64,000 nucleotides of DNA from Nemertoderma westbladi (GCA_032718475.1 JAUCBJ010006818.1:1-64000); one strand, 5' to 3'. Counted from the stretch's first letter, positions 20,126 through 35,100 are shown. Notes: generated by a model not told the origin, from the letters alone. A program made the numbers and translations.

Positions 20126-23100
20126 CGTGTTGAATTCCTAGGAGTTAGTCCAGGTCCAGTAACTACTAACCGAGTTGAATTACTTGGAGTTAGTCCAGGT
20201 CCAGTAACTACTAACCGAGTTGAATTCCTTGATGGAGTTAGTCCAGGTCCAGTAACTACTAACCGAGTTGAATTCCTTGGAGTTAGTCCAGGTCCAGTAA
20301 CTACTAACCGAGTTGAATTCCTTGATGGAGTTAGTCCAGGCCCAGTAACTACTAACCGAGTTGAATTCCTTGGAGTTAGTCCAGGTCCAGTAACTACTAA
20401 CCGAGTTGAATTCCTTGATGGAGTTAGTCCAGGCCCAGTAACTACGAACTGAGTTGAATTCCTTGGAGTTAGTCCAGGTCCAGTAACTACTAACCGTGTT
20501 GAATTCCTTGATGGAGTTAGTCCAGGTCCAGTAACTACTAACCGAGTTGAATTCCTTGATGGAGTTAGTCCAAGCCCAGTAACTACTAACCGAGTTGAAT
20601 TACTTGGAGTTAGTCCAGGTCCAGTAACTACTAACCGAGTTGAATTACTTGGAGATAGTCCAGGTCCAGTAACTACTAACCGAGTTGAATTCCTTGATGG
20701 AGTTAGTCCAGGTCCAGTAACTACTAACCGTGTTGAAATCCTTGATGGAGTTAGTCCAGGTCCAGTAACTACTAACCGAGTTGAATTCCTTGGAGTTAGT
20801 CCAGGTCCAGTAACTACTAACCGAGTTGAATTCCTTGATGGAGTTAGTCCAGGCCCAGTAACTACGAACTGAGTTGAATTCCTTGGAGTTAGTCCAGGTC
20901 CAGTAACTACTAACCGTGTTGAATTCCTTGATGGAGTTAGTCCAGGCCCAGTAACTACTAACCGAGTTGACTTCCTTGATGGAGTTAGTCCAGGTCCAGT
21001 AACTACTAACCGAGTTGAATTCCTTGATGGAGTTAGTCCAGGCCCAGTAACTACTAACCGAGTTGAATTCCTTGGAGTTAGTCCAGGTCCAGTAACGACT
21101 AACCGAGTTGAATACCTTGGAGTTAGTCCAGGCCCAGTAACTACTAACCGAGTTGAATTCCTTGGAGTTAGTCCAGGTCCAGTAACTACTAACCGTGTTG
21201 AATTCCTTGATGGAGTTAGTCCAGGCCCTGTAACTACTAACCGAGTTCAATTCCTTGATGGAGTTAGTCCAGGTCCAGTAACTACTAACCGAGTTGAATT
21301 CCTTGGAGTTAGTCCAGGTCCAGTAACTACTAACCGTGTTGAATTCCTTGGAGTTAGTCCAGGTCCAGTAACTACTAACCGTGTTGAATTCCTTGATGGA
21401 GTTAGTCCAGGCCCTGTAACTACTAACCGAGTTCAATTCCTTGATGGAGTTAGTCCAGGTCCAGTAACTACTAACCGAGTTGAATTCCTTGGAGTTAGTC
21501 CAGGTCCAGTAACTATTAACCGAGTTGAATTCCTTGGAGTTAGTCCAGGTCCAGTAACTACTAACCGAGTTGAATTCCTTGGAGTTAGTCCAGGCCCAGT
21601 AACTACTAACCGAGTTGAATTCCTTGGAGTTAGTCCAGGTCCAGTAACCGTGTTGAATTCCTTGATGGAGTTAGTCCAGGCCCAGTAACTACTAACCGAG
21701 TTGAATTCCTTGATGGAGTTAGTCCAGGTCCAGTAACTACTAACCGAGTTGAATTCCTTGATGGAGTTAGTCCAGGTCCAGTAACTACTAACCGTGTTGA
21801 ATTCCTTGATGGAGTTAGTCCAGGTCCAGTAACTACTAACCGAGTTGAATTACTTGATGGAGTTAGTCCAGGTCCAGTAACTACTAACCGTGTTGAATTC
21901 CTTGATGGAGTTAGTCCAGGTCCAGTAACTACTAACCGAGTTGAATTCCTTGGAGTTAGTCCAGGTCCAGTAACTACTAACCGAGTTGAATTACTTGATG
22001 GAGTTAGTCCAGGTCCAGTAACTACTAACCGTGTTGAATTCCTTGATGGAGTTAGTCCAGGTCCAGTAACTACTAACCGAGTTGAATTACTTGATGGAGT
22101 TAGTCCAGGTCCAGTAACTACTAACCGTGTTGAATTCCTTGATGGAGTTAGTCCAGGTCCAGTAACTACTAACCGAGTTGAATTCCTTGGAGTTAGTCCA
22201 GGTCCAGTAACTACTAACCGTGTTGAATTCCTTGATGGAGTTAGTCCAGGTCCAGTAACTATTAACCGAGTTGAATTCCTTGGAGTTAGTCCAGGTCCAG
22301 TAACAACTAACCGTGTTGAATTCCTTGATGGAGTTAGTCCAGGTCCAGTAACTACTAACCGAGTTGAATTCCTTGATGGAGTTAGTCCAGGTCCAGTAAC
22401 TACTAACCGTGTTGAATTCCTTGATGGAGTTAGTCCAGGTCCAGTAACTACTAACCGTGTTGAATTCCTTGATGGAGTTAGTCCAGGTCCAGTAACTACT
22501 AACCGAGTTGAATTACTTGGAGTTAGTCCAGGTCCAGTAACTACTAACCGTGTTGAATTCCTTGATGGAGTTAGTCCAGGTCCAGTAACTACTAACCGAG
22601 TTGAATTCCTTGGAGTTAGTCCAGGTCCAGTAACTACTAACCGAGTTGAATTCCTTGATGGAGTTAGTCCAGGTCCAGTAACTACTAACCGAGTTGAATT
22701 CCTTGATGGAGTTAGTCCAGGTTCAGTAACTACTAACCGAGTAGAATTCCTTGGAGTTAGTCCAGGTCCAGTAACTACTAACCGAGTTGAATTCCTTGGA
22801 GTTAGTCCAGGTCCAGTAACTACTAACCGTGTTGAATACCTTGGTGGAGTTAGTCCAGGCCCAGTAACTACTAACCGAGTTGAATTCCTTGGAGTTAGTC
22901 CAGGTCCAGTAACTACTAACCGAGTTGAATTCCTTGGAGTTAGTCCAGGTCCAGTAACTACTAACCGTGTTGAATTCCTTGATGGAGTTAGTCCAGGTCC
23001 AGTAACTACTAACCGAGTTGAATTCCTTGATGGAGTTAGTCCAGGCCCAGTAACTACTAACCGAGTTGAATTACTTGGAGTTAGTCCAGGTCCAGTAACT

Positions 23101-26100
23101 ACTAACCGAGTTGAATTACTTGGAGATAGTCCAGGTCCAGTAACTACTAACCGAGTTGAATTCCTTGATGGAGTTAGTCCAGGTCCAGTAACTACTAACC
23201 GTGTTGAAATCCTTGATGGAGTTAGTCCAGGTCCAGTAACTACTAACCGAGTTGAATTCCTTGGAGTTAGTCCAGGTCCAGTAACTACTAACCGAGTTGA
23301 ATTCCTTGATGGAGTTAGTCCAGGCCCAGTAACTACGAACTGAGTTGAATTCCTTGGAGTTAGTCCAGGTCCAGTAACTACTAACCGTGTTGAATTCCTT
23401 GATGGAGTTAGTCCAGGCCCAGTAACTACTAACCGAGTTGACTTCCTTGATGGAGTTAGTCCAGGTCCAGTAACTACTAACCGAGTTGAATTCCTTGATG
23501 GAGTTAGTCCAGGCCCAGTAACTACTAACCGAGTTGAATTCCTTGGAGTTAGTCCAGGTCCAGTAACGACTAACCGAGTTGAATACCTTGGAGTTAGTCC
23601 AGGCCCAGTAACTACTAACCGAGTTGAATTCCTTGGAGTTAGTCCAGTTCCAGTAACTACTAACCGTGTTGAATTCCTTGATGGAGTTAGTCCAGGCCCT
23701 GTAACTACTAACCGAGTTCAATTCCTTGATGGAGTTAGTCCAGGTCCAGTAACTACTAACCGAGTTGAATTCCTTGGAGTTAGTCCAGGTCCAGTAACTA
23801 CTAACCGTGTTGAATTCCTTGGAGTTAGTCCAGGTCCAGTAACTACTAACCGTGTTGAATTCCTTGATGGAGTTAGTCCAGGCCCTGTAACTACTAACCG
23901 AGTTCAATTCCTTGATGGAGTTAGTCCAGGTCCAGTAACTACTAACCGAGTTGAATTCCTTGGAGTTAGTCCAGGTCCAGTAACTATTAACCGAGTTGAA
24001 TTCCTTGGAGTTAGTCCAGGTCCAGTAACTACTAACCGAGTTGAATTCCTTGGAGTTAGTCCAGGCCCAGTAACTACTAACCGAGTTGAATTCCTTGGAG
24101 TTAGTCCAGGTCCAGTAACCGTGTTGAATTCCTTGATGGAGTTAGTCCAGGCCCAGTAACTACTAACCGAGTTGAATTCCTTGATGGAGTTAGTCCAGGT
24201 CCAGTAACTACTAACCGAGTTGAATTCCTTGATGGAGTTAGTCCAGGTCCAGTAACTACTAACCGTGTTGAATTCCTTGATGGAGTTAGTCCAGGTCCAG
24301 TAACTACTAACCGAGTTGAATTACTTGATGGAGTTAGTCCAGGTCCAGTAACTACTAACCGTGTTGAATTCCTTGATGGAGTTAGTCCAGGTCCAGTAAC
24401 TACTAACCGAGTTGAATTCCTTGGAGTTAGTCCAGGTCCAGTAACTACTAACCGAGTTGAATTACTTGATGGAGTTAGTCCAGGTCCAGTAACTACTAAC
24501 CGTGTTGAATTCCTTGATGGAGTTAGTCCAGGTCCAGTAACTACTAACCGAGTTGAATTACTTGATGGAGTTAGTCCAGGTCCAGTAACTACTAACCGTG
24601 TTGAATTCCTTGATGGAGTTAGTCCAGGTCCAGTAACTACTAACCGAGTTGAATTCCTTGGAGTTAGTCCAGGTCCAGTAACTACTAACCGTGTTGAATT
24701 CCTTGATGGAGTTAGTCCAGGTCCAGTAACTATTAACCGAGTTGAATTCCTTGGAGTTAGTCCAGGTCCAGTAACAACTAACCGTGTTGAATTCCTTGAT
24801 GGAGTTAGTCCAGGTCCAGTAACTACTAACCGAGTTGAATTCCTTGATGGAGTTAGTCCAGGTCCAGTAACTACTAACCGTGTTGAATTCCTTGATGGAG
24901 TTAGTCCAGGTCCAGTAACTACTAACCGTGTTGAATTCCTTGATGGAGTTAGTCCAGGTCCAGTAACTACTAACCGAGTTGAATTACTTGGAGTTAGTCC
25001 AGGTCCAGTAACTACTAACCGTGTTGAATTCCTTGATGGAGTTAGTCCAGGTCCAGTAACTACTAACCGAGTTGAATTCCTTGGAGTTAGTCCAGGTCCA
25101 GTAACTACTAACCGAGTTGAATTCCTTGATGGAGTTAGTCCAGGTCCAGTAACTACTAACCGAGTTGAATTCCTTGATGGAGTTAGTCCAGGTTCAGTAA
25201 CTACTAACCGAGTAGAATTCCTTGGAGTTAGTCCAGGTCCAGTAACTACTAACCGAGTTGAATTCCTTGGAGTTAGTCCAGGTCCAGTAACTACTAACCG
25301 TGTTGAATACCTTGGTGGAGTTAGTCCAGGCCCAGTAACTACTAACCGAGTTGAATTCCTTGGAGTTAGTCCAGGTCCAGTAACTACTAACCGAGTTGAA
25401 TTCCTTGGAGTTAGTCCAGGTCCAGTAACTACTAACCGAGTTGAATTCCTTGGAGTTAGTCCAGGTCCAGTAACTACTAACCGAGTTGAATTCCTTGGAG
25501 TTAATCCAGGTCCAGTAACTACTAACCGAGTTGAATTCCTTGGAGTTAGTCCAGGTCCAGTAACTACTAACCGAGTTGAATTCCTTGGAGTTAGTCCAGG
25601 TCCAGTAACTACTAACCGAGTTGAATTCCTTGGAGTTAGTCCAGGTCCAGTAACTACTAACCGAGTTGAATTCCTTGGAGTTAGTCCAGGTCCAGTAACT
25701 ACTAACCGTGTTGAATACCTTGGTGGAGTTAGTCCAGGTCCTGTAACTACTAACCGAGTTGAATTCCTTGATGGAGTTAGTCCAGGCCCAGTAACTACGA
25801 ACTGAGTTGAATTCCTTGGAGTTAGTCCAGGTCCAGTAACTACTAACCGAGTTGAATTCCTTGGAGTTAGTCCAGGTCCAGTAACTACTAACCGAGTTGA
25901 ATTCCTTGATGGAGTTAGTCCAGGCCCAGTAACTACTAACCGAGTTGAATTCCTTGGAGTTAGTCCAGGTCCAGTAACGACTAACCGAGTTGAATACCTT
26001 GGAGTTAGTCCAGGCCCAGTAACTACTAACCGAGTTGAATTCCTTGGAGTTAGTCCAGGTCCAGTAACTACTAACCGTGTTGAATTCCTTGATGGAGTTA

Positions 26101-29100
26101 GTCCAGGCCCTGTAACTACTAACCGAGTTCAATTCCTTGATGGAGTTAGTCCAGGTCCAGTAACTACTAACCGAGTTGAATTCCTTGGAGTTAGTCCAGG
26201 TCCAGTAACTACTAACCGTGTTGAATTCCTTGGAGTTAGTCCAGGTCCAGTAACTACTAACCGTGTTGAATTCCTTGATGGAGTTAGTCCAGGCCCTGTA
26301 ACTACTAACCGAGTTCAATTCCTTGATGGAGTTAGTCCAGGTCCAGTAACTACTAACCGAGTTGAATTCCTTGGAGTTAGTCCAGGTCCAGTAACTATTA
26401 ACCGAGTTGAATTCCTTGGAGTTAGTCCAGGTCCAGTAACTACTAACCGAGTTGAATTCCTTGGAGTTAGTCCAGGCCCAGTAACTACTAACCGAGTTGA
26501 ATTCCTTGGAGTTAGTCCAGGTCCAGTAACCGTGTTGAATTCCTTGATGGAGTTAGTCCAGGCCCAGTAACTACTAACCGAGTTGAATTCCTTGATGGAG
26601 TTAGTCCAGGTCCAGTAACTACTAACCGAGTTGAATTCCTTGATGGAGTTAGTCCAGGTCCAGTAACTACTAACCGTGTTGAATTCCTTGATGGAGTTAG
26701 TCCAGGTCCAGTAACTACTAACCGAGTTGAATTACTTGATGGAGTTAGTCCAGGTCCAGTAACTACTAACCGTGTTGAATTCCTTGATGGAGTTAGTCCA
26801 GGTCCAGTAACTACTAACCGAGTTGAATTCCTTGGAGTTAGTCCAGGTCCAGTAACTACTAACCGAGTTGAATTACTTGATGGAGTTAGTCCAGGTCCAG
26901 TAACTACTAACCGTGTTGAATTCCTTGATGGAGTTAGTCCAGGTCCAGTAACTACTAACCGAGTTGAATTCCTTGGAGTTAGTCCAGGTCCAGTAACTAC
27001 TAACCGAGTTGAATTCCTTGGAGTTAGTCCAGGTCCAGTAACTACTAACCGAGTTGAATTCCTTGGAGTTAGTCCAGGTCCAGTAACTACTAACCGAGTT
27101 GAATTCCTTGGAGTTAGTCCAGGTCCAGTAACTACTAACCGAGTTGAATTCCTTGGAGTTAGTCCAGGTCCAGTAACTACTAACCGAGTTGAATTCCTTG
27201 GAGTTAGTCCAGGTCCAGTAACTACTAACCGAGTTGAATTCCTTGGAGTTAGTCCAGGTCCAGTAACTACTAACCGTGTTGAATACCTTGGTGGAGTTAG
27301 TCCAGGTCCTGTAACTACTAACCGAGTTGAATTCCTTGATGGAGTTAGTCCAGGCCCAGTAACTACGAACTGAGTTGAATTCCTTGGAGTTAGTCCAGGT
27401 CCAGTAACTACTAACCGAGTTGAATTCCTTGGAGTTAGTCCAGGTCCAGTAACTACTAACCGAGTTGAATTCCTTGATGGAGTTAGTCCAGGCCCAGTAA
27501 CTACTAACCGAGTTGAATTCCTTGGAGTTAGTCCAGGTCCAGTAACTACTAACCGAGTTGAATTCCTTGGAGTTAGTCCAGGTCCAGTAACTACTAACCG
27601 AGTTGAATTCCTTGGAGTTAGTCCAGGTCCAGTAACTACTAACCGAGTTGAATTCCTTGGAGTTAGTCCAGGTCCAGTAACTACTAACCGTGTTGAATAC
27701 CTTGGTGGAGTTAGTCCAGGTCCTGTAACTACTAACCGAGTTGAATTCCTTGATGGAGTTAGTCCAGGCCCAGTAACTACGAACTGAGTTGAATTCCTTG
27801 GAGTTAGTCCAGGTCCAGTAACTACTAACCGAGTTGAATTCCTTGGAGTTAGTCCAGGTCCAGTAACTACTAACCGAGTTGAATTCCTTGATGGAGTTAG
27901 TCCAGGCCCAGTAACTACTAACCGAGTTGAATTCCTTGGAGTTAGTCCAGGTCCAGTAACGACTAACCGAGTTGAATACCTTGGAGTTAGTCCAGGCCCA
28001 GTAACTACTAACCGAGTTGAATTCCTTGGAGTTAGTCCAGGTCCAGTAACTACTAACCGTGTTGAATTCCTTGATGGAGTTAGTCCAGGCCCTGTAACTA
28101 CTAACCGAGTTCAATTCCTTGATGGAGTTAGTCCAGGTCCAGTAACTACTAACCGAGTTGAATTCCTTGGAGTTAGTCCAGGTCCAGTAACTACTAACCG
28201 TGTTGAATTCCTTGGAGTTAGTCCAGGTCCAGTAACTACTAACCGTGTTGAATTCCTTGATGGAGTTAGTCCAGGCCCTGTAACTACTAACCGAGTTCAA
28301 TTCCTTGATGGAGTTAGTCCAGGTCCAGTAACTACTAACCGAGTTGAATTCCTTGGAGTTAGTCCAGGTCCAGTAACTATTAACCGAGTTGAATTCCTTG
28401 GAGTTAGTCCAGGTCCAGTAACTACTAACCGAGTTGAATTCCTTGGAGTTAGTCCAGGCCCAGTAACTACTAACCGAGTTGAATTCCTTGGAGTTAGTCC
28501 AGGTCCAGTAACCGTGTTGAATTCCTTGATGGAGTTAGTCCAGGCCCAGTAACTACTAACCGAGTTGAATTCCTTGATGGAGTTAGTCCAGGTCCAGTAA
28601 CTACTAACCGAGTTGAATTCCTTGATGGAGTTAGTCCAGGTCCAGTAACTACTAACCGTGTTGAATTCCTTGATGGAGTTAGTCCAGGTCCAGTAACTAC
28701 TAACCGAGTTGAATTACTTGATGGAGTTAGTCCAGGTCCAGTAACTACTAACCGTGTTGAATTCCTTGATGGAGTTAGTCCAGGTCCAGTAACTACTAAC
28801 CGAGTTGAATTCCTTGGAGTTAGTCCAGGTCCAGTAACTACTAACCGAGTTGAATTACTTGATGGAGTTAGTCCAGGTCCAGTAACTACTAACCGTGTTG
28901 AATTCCTTGATGGAGTTAGTCCAGGTCCAGTAACTACTAACCGAGTTGAATTCCTTGGAGTTAGTCCAGGTCCAGTAACTACTAACCGAGTTGAATTCCT
29001 TGGAGTTAGTCCAGGTCCAGTAACTACTAACCGAGTTGAATTCCTTGGAGTTAGTCCAGGTCCAGTAACTACTAACCGAGTTGAATTCCTTGGAGTTAGT

Positions 29101-32100
29101 CCAGGTCCAGTAACTACTAACCGAGTTGAATTCCTTGGAGTTAGTCCAGGTCCAGTAACTACTAACCGAGTTGAATTCCTTGGAGTTAGTCCAGGTCCAG
29201 TAACTACTAACCGAGTTGAATTCCTTGGAGTTAGTCCAGGTCCAGTAACTACTAACCGAGTTGAATTCCTTGGAGTTAGTCCAGGTCCAGTAACTACTAA
29301 CCGTGTTGAATACCTTGGTGGAGTTAGTCCAGGTCCTGTAACTACTAACCGAGTTGAATTCCTTGATGGAGTTAGTCCAGGCCCAGTAACTACGAACTGA
29401 GTTGAATTCCTTGGAGTTAGTCCAGGTCCAGTAACTACTAACCGAGTTGAATTCCTTGGAGTTAGTCCAGGTCCAGTAACTACTAACCGAGTTGAATTCC
29501 TTGATGGAGTTAGTCCAGGCCCAGTAACTACTAACCGAGTTGAATTCCTTGGAGTTAGTCCAGGTCCAGTAACGACTAACCGAGTTGAATACCTTGGAGT
29601 TAGTCCAGGCCCAGTAACTACTAACCGAGTTGAATTCCTTGGAGTTAGTCCAGGTCCAGTAACTACTAACCGTGTTGAATTCCTTGATGGAGTTAGTCCA
29701 GGCCCTGTAACTACTAACCGAGTTCAATTCCTTGATGGAGTTAGTCCAGGTCCAGTAACTACTAACCGAGTTGAATTCCTTGGAGTTAGTCCAGGTCCAG
29801 TAACTACTAACCGTGTTGAATTCCTTGGAGTTAGTCCAGGTCCAGTAACTACTAACCGTGTTGAATTCCTTGATGGAGTTAGTCCAGGCCCTGTAACTAC
29901 TAACCGAGTTCAATTCCTTGATGGAGTTAGTCCAGGTCCAGTAACTACTAACCGAGTTGAATTCCTTGGAGTTAGTCCAGGTCCAGTAACTATTAACCGA
30001 GTTGAATTCCTTGGAGTTAGTCCAGGTCCAGTAACTACTAACCGAGTTGAATTCCTTGGAGTTAGTCCAGGCCCAGTAACTACTAACCGAGTTGAATTCC
30101 TTGGAGTTAGTCCAGGTCCAGTAACCGTGTTGAATTCCTTGATGGAGTTAGTCCAGGCCCAGTAACTACTAACCGAGTTGAATTCCTTGATGGAGTTAGT
30201 CCAGGTCCAGTAACTACTAACCGAGTTGAATTCCTTGATGGAGTTAGTCCAGGTCCAGTAACTACTAACCGTGTTGAATTCCTTGATGGAGTTAGTCCAG
30301 GTCCAGTAACTACTAACCGAGTTGAATTACTTGATGGAGTTAGTCCAGGTCCAGTAACTACTAACCGTGTTGAATTCCTTGATGGAGTTAGTCCAGGTCC
30401 AGTAACTACTAACCGAGTTGAATTCCTTGGAGTTAGTCCAGGTCCAGTAACTACTAACCGAGTTGAATTACTTGATGGAGTTAGTCCAGGTCCAGTAACT
30501 ACTAACCGTGTTGAATTCCTTGATGGAGTTAGTCCAGGTCCAGTAACTACTAACCGAGTTGAATTACTTGATGGAGTTAGTCCAGGTCCAGTAACTACTA
30601 ACCGTGTTGAATTCCTTGATGGAGTTAGTCCAGGTCCAGTAACTACTAACCGAGTTGAATTCCTTGGAGTTAGTCCAGGTCCAGTAACTACTAACCGTGT
30701 TGAATTCCTTGATGGAGTTAGTCCAGGTCCAGTAACTATTAACCGAGTTGAATTCCTTGGAGTTAGTCCAGGTCCAGTAACAACTAACCGTGTTGAATTC
30801 CTTGATGGAGTTAGTCCAGGTCCAGTAACTACTAACCGAGTTGAATTCCTTGATGGAGTTAGTCCAGGTCCAGTAACTACTAACCGTGTTGAATTCCTTG
30901 ATGGAGTTAGTCCAGGTCCAGTAACTACTAACCGTGTTGAATTCCTTGATGGAGTTAGTCCAGGTCCAGTAACTACTAACCGAGTTGAATTACTTGGAGT
31001 TAGTCCAGGTCCAGTAACTACTAACCGTGTTGAATTCCTTGATGGAGTTAGTCCAGGTCCAGTAACTACTAACCGAGTTGAATTCCTTGGAGTTAGTCCA
31101 GGTCCAGTAACTACTAACCGAGTTGAATTCCTTGATGGAGTTAGTCCAGGTCCATTAACTACTAACCGAGTTGAATTCCTTGATGGAGTTAGTCCAGGTT
31201 CAGTAACTACTAACCGAGTAGAATTCCTTGGAGTTAGTCCAGGTCCAGTAACTACTAACCGAGTTGAATTCCTTGGAGTTAGTCCAGGTCCAGTAACTAC
31301 TAACCGTGTTGAATACCTTGGTGGAGTTAGTCCAGGCCCAGTAACTACTAACCGAGTTGAATTCCTTGGAGTTAGTCCAGGTCCAGTAACTACTAACCGA
31401 GTTGAATTCCTTGGAGTTAGTCCAGGTCCAGTAACTACTAACCGAGTTGAATTCCTTGGAGTTAGTCCAGGTCCAGTAACTACTAACCGAGTTGAATTCC
31501 TTGGAGTTAGTCCAGGTCCAGTAACTACTAACCGAGTTGAATTCCTTGGAGTTAGTCCAGGTCCAGTAACTACTAACCGAGTTGAATTCCTTGGAGTTAG
31601 TCCAGGTCCAGTAACTACTAACCGAGTTGAATTCCTTGGAGTTAGTCCAGGTCCAGTAACTACTAACCGAGTTGAATTCCTTGGAGTTAGTCCAGGTCCA
31701 GTAACTACTAACCGTGCTGAATACCTTGGTGGAGTTAGTCCAGGTCCTGTAACTACTAACCGAGTTGAATTCCTTGATGGAGTTAGTCCAGGCCCAGTAA
31801 CTACGAACTGAGTTGAATTCCTTGGAGTTAGTCCAGGTCCAGTAACTACTAACCGAGTTGAATTCCTTGGAGTTAGTCCAGGTCCAGTAACTACTAACCG
31901 AGTTGAATTCCTTGATGGAGTTAGTCCAGGTCCAGTAACAACTAACCGTGTTGAATTCCTTGATGGAGTTAGTCCAGGCCCAGTAACTACGAACTGAGTT
32001 GAATTCCTTGGAGTTAGTCCAGGTCCAGTAACTACTAACCGAGTTGAATTCCTTGGAGTTAGTCCAGGTCCAGTAACTACTAACCGAGTTGAATTCCTTG

Positions 32101-35100
32101 ATGGAGTTAGTCCAGGTCCAGTAACTACTAACCGAGTTGAATTCCTTGGAGTTAGTCCAGGTTCAGTAACTACTAACCGTGTTGAATTCCTTGGAGTTAG
32201 TCCAGGTCCAGTAACTACTAACCGAGTTGAATTCCTTGGAGTTAGTCCAGGTCCAGTAACTACTAACCGAGTTGAATTCCTTGATGGAGTTAGTCCAGGT
32301 CCAGTAACTACTAACCGAGTGGAATTCCTTGGAGTTAGTCCAGGTTCAGTAACTACTAACCGTGTTGAATTCCTTGGAGTTAGTCCAGGTCCAGTAACTA
32401 CTAACCGAGTTGAATTCCTTGGAGTTAGTCCAGGTCCAGTAACTACTAACCGAGTTGAATTCCTTGATGGAGTTAGTCCAGGTCCAGTAACTACTAACCG
32501 AGTTGAATTCCTTGGAGTTAGTCCAGGTTCAGTAACTACTAACCGTGTTGAATTCCTTGGAGTTAGTCCAGGTCCAGTAACTACTAACCGAGTTGAATTC
32601 CTTGGAGTTAGTCCAGGTCCAGTAACTACTAACCGAGTTGAATTCCTTGATGGAGTTAGTCCAGGTCCAGTAACTACTAACCGAGTTGAATTCCTTGGAG
32701 TTAGTCCAGGTTCAGTAACTACTAACCGTGTTGAATTCCTTGGAGTTAGTCCAGGTCCAGTAACTACTAACCGAGTTGAATTCCTTGGAGTTAGTCCAGG
32801 TCCAGTAACTACTAACCGAGTTGAATTCCTTGATGGAGTTAGTCCAGGTCCAGTAACTACTAACCGAGTGGAATTCCTTGGAGTTAGTCCAGGTCCAGTA
32901 ACTACTAACCGAGTTGAATTCCTTGGAGTTAGTCCAGGTCCAGTAACTACTAACCGAGTTGAATTCCTTGGAGTTAGTCCAGGTCCAGTAACTACTAACC
33001 GAGTTGAATTCCTTGATGGAGTTAGTCCAGGTTCAGTAACTACTAACCGAGTTGAATTCCTTGGAGTTAGTCCAGGTCCAGTAACTACTAACCGAGTTGA
33101 ATTCCTTGATGGAGTTAGTCCAGGTCCAGTAACTACTAACCGAGTTGAATTCCTTGGAGTTAGTCCAGGTTCAGTAACTACTAACCGTGTTGAATTCCTT
33201 GGAGTTAGTCCAGGTCCAGTAACTACTAACCGAGTTGAATTCCTTGGAGTTAGTCCAGGTCCAGTAACTACTAACCGAGTTGAATTCCTTGATGGAGTTA
33301 GTCCAGGTCCAGTAACTACTAACCGAGTGGAATTCCTTGGAGTTAGTCCAGGTCCAGTAACTACTAACCGTGTTGAATTCCTTGGAGTTAGTCCAGGTCC
33401 AGTAACTACTAACCGAGTTGAATTCCTTGGAGTTAGTCCAGGTCCAGTAACTACTAACCGAGTTGAATTCCTTGATGGAGTTAGTCCAGGTTCAGTAACT
33501 ACTAACCGAGTTGAATTCCTTGGAGTTAGTCCAGGTCCAGTAACTACTAACCGTGTTGAATTCCTTGATGGAGTTAGTCCAGGTCCAGTAACTACTAACC
33601 GTGTTGAATTCCTTGGAGTTAGTCCAGGTCCAGTAACTACTAACCGAGTTGAATTCCTTGATGGAGTTAGTCCAGGTCCAGTAACTACTAACCGTGTTGA
33701 ATTCCTTGGAGTTAGTCCAGGTTCAGTAACTACTAACCGTGTTGAATTCCTTGGAGTTAGTCCAGGTCCAGTAACTACTAACCGTGTTGAATTCCTTGAT
33801 GGAGTTAGTCCAGGTCCAGTAACTACTAACCGTGTTGAATTCCTTGGAGTTAGTCCAGGCCCAGTAACTACTAACCGAGTTGAATTCCTTGATGGAGTTA
33901 GTCCAGGTTCAGTAACTACTAACCGAGTTGAATTCCTTGGAGTTAGTCCAGGTCCAGTAACTACTAACCGTGTTGAATTCCTTGGAGTTAGTCCAGGTCC
34001 AGTAACTACTAACCGTGTTGAATTCCTTGGAGTTAGTCCAGGTCCAGTAACTACTAACCGAGTTGAATTCCTTGGAGTTAGTCCAGGTCCAGTAACTACT
34101 AACCGTGTTGAATTCCTTGGAGTTAGTCCAGGTCCAGTAACTACTAACCGAGTTGAATTCCTAGGAGTTAGTCCAGGTCCAGTAACTACTAACCGAGTTG
34201 AATTCCTTCATGGAGTTAGTCCAGGCCCAGTAACTACTAACCGAGTTGAATTCCTTGATGGAGTTAGTCCAGGTCCAGTAACTACTAACCGAGTTGAATT
34301 CCTTGGAGTTAGTCCAGGTCCAGTAACTACTAACCGTGTTGAATACCTTGGTGGAGTTCGTCCAGGTCCAGTAACTACTAACCGAGTTGAATTCCTTGGA
34401 GTTAGTCCAGGTTCAGTAACTACTAACCGAGTTGAATTCCTTGGAGTTAGTCCAGGTCCAGTAACTACTAACCGTGTTGAATACCTTGGTGGAGTTAGTC
34501 CAGGTCCAGTAACTACTAACCGAGTTGAATACCTTGGTGGAGTTAGTCCAGGTCCAGTAACTACTAACCGAGTTGAATTCCTTGATGGAGTTAGTCCAGG
34601 TCCAGTAACTACTAACCGAGTTGAATTCCTTGATGGAGTTAGTCCAGGTCCAGTAACTACTAACCGAGTTGAATTCCTTGATGGAGTTAGTCCAGGTCCA
34701 GTAACTACTAACCGAGTTGAATTCCTTGATGGAGTTAGTCCAGGTCCAGTAACTACTAACCGAGTTGAATTCCTTGATGGAGTTAGTCCAGGTCCAGTAA
34801 CTACTAACCGAGTTGAATTCCTTGATGGAGTTAGTCCAGGTCCAGTAACTACTAACCGAGTTGAATTCCTTGATGGAGTTAGTCCAGGTCCAGTAACTAC
34901 TAACCGAGTTGAATTCCTTGGAGTTAGTCCAGGTCCAGTAACTACTAACCGAGTTGAATTCCTTGATGGAGTTAGTCCAGGTCCAGTAACTACTAACCGA
35001 GTTGAATTCCTTGATGGAGTTAGTCCAGGTCCAGTAACTACTAACCGAGTTGAATTCCTTGATGGAGTTAGTCCAGGTCCAGTAACTACTAACCGAGTTG

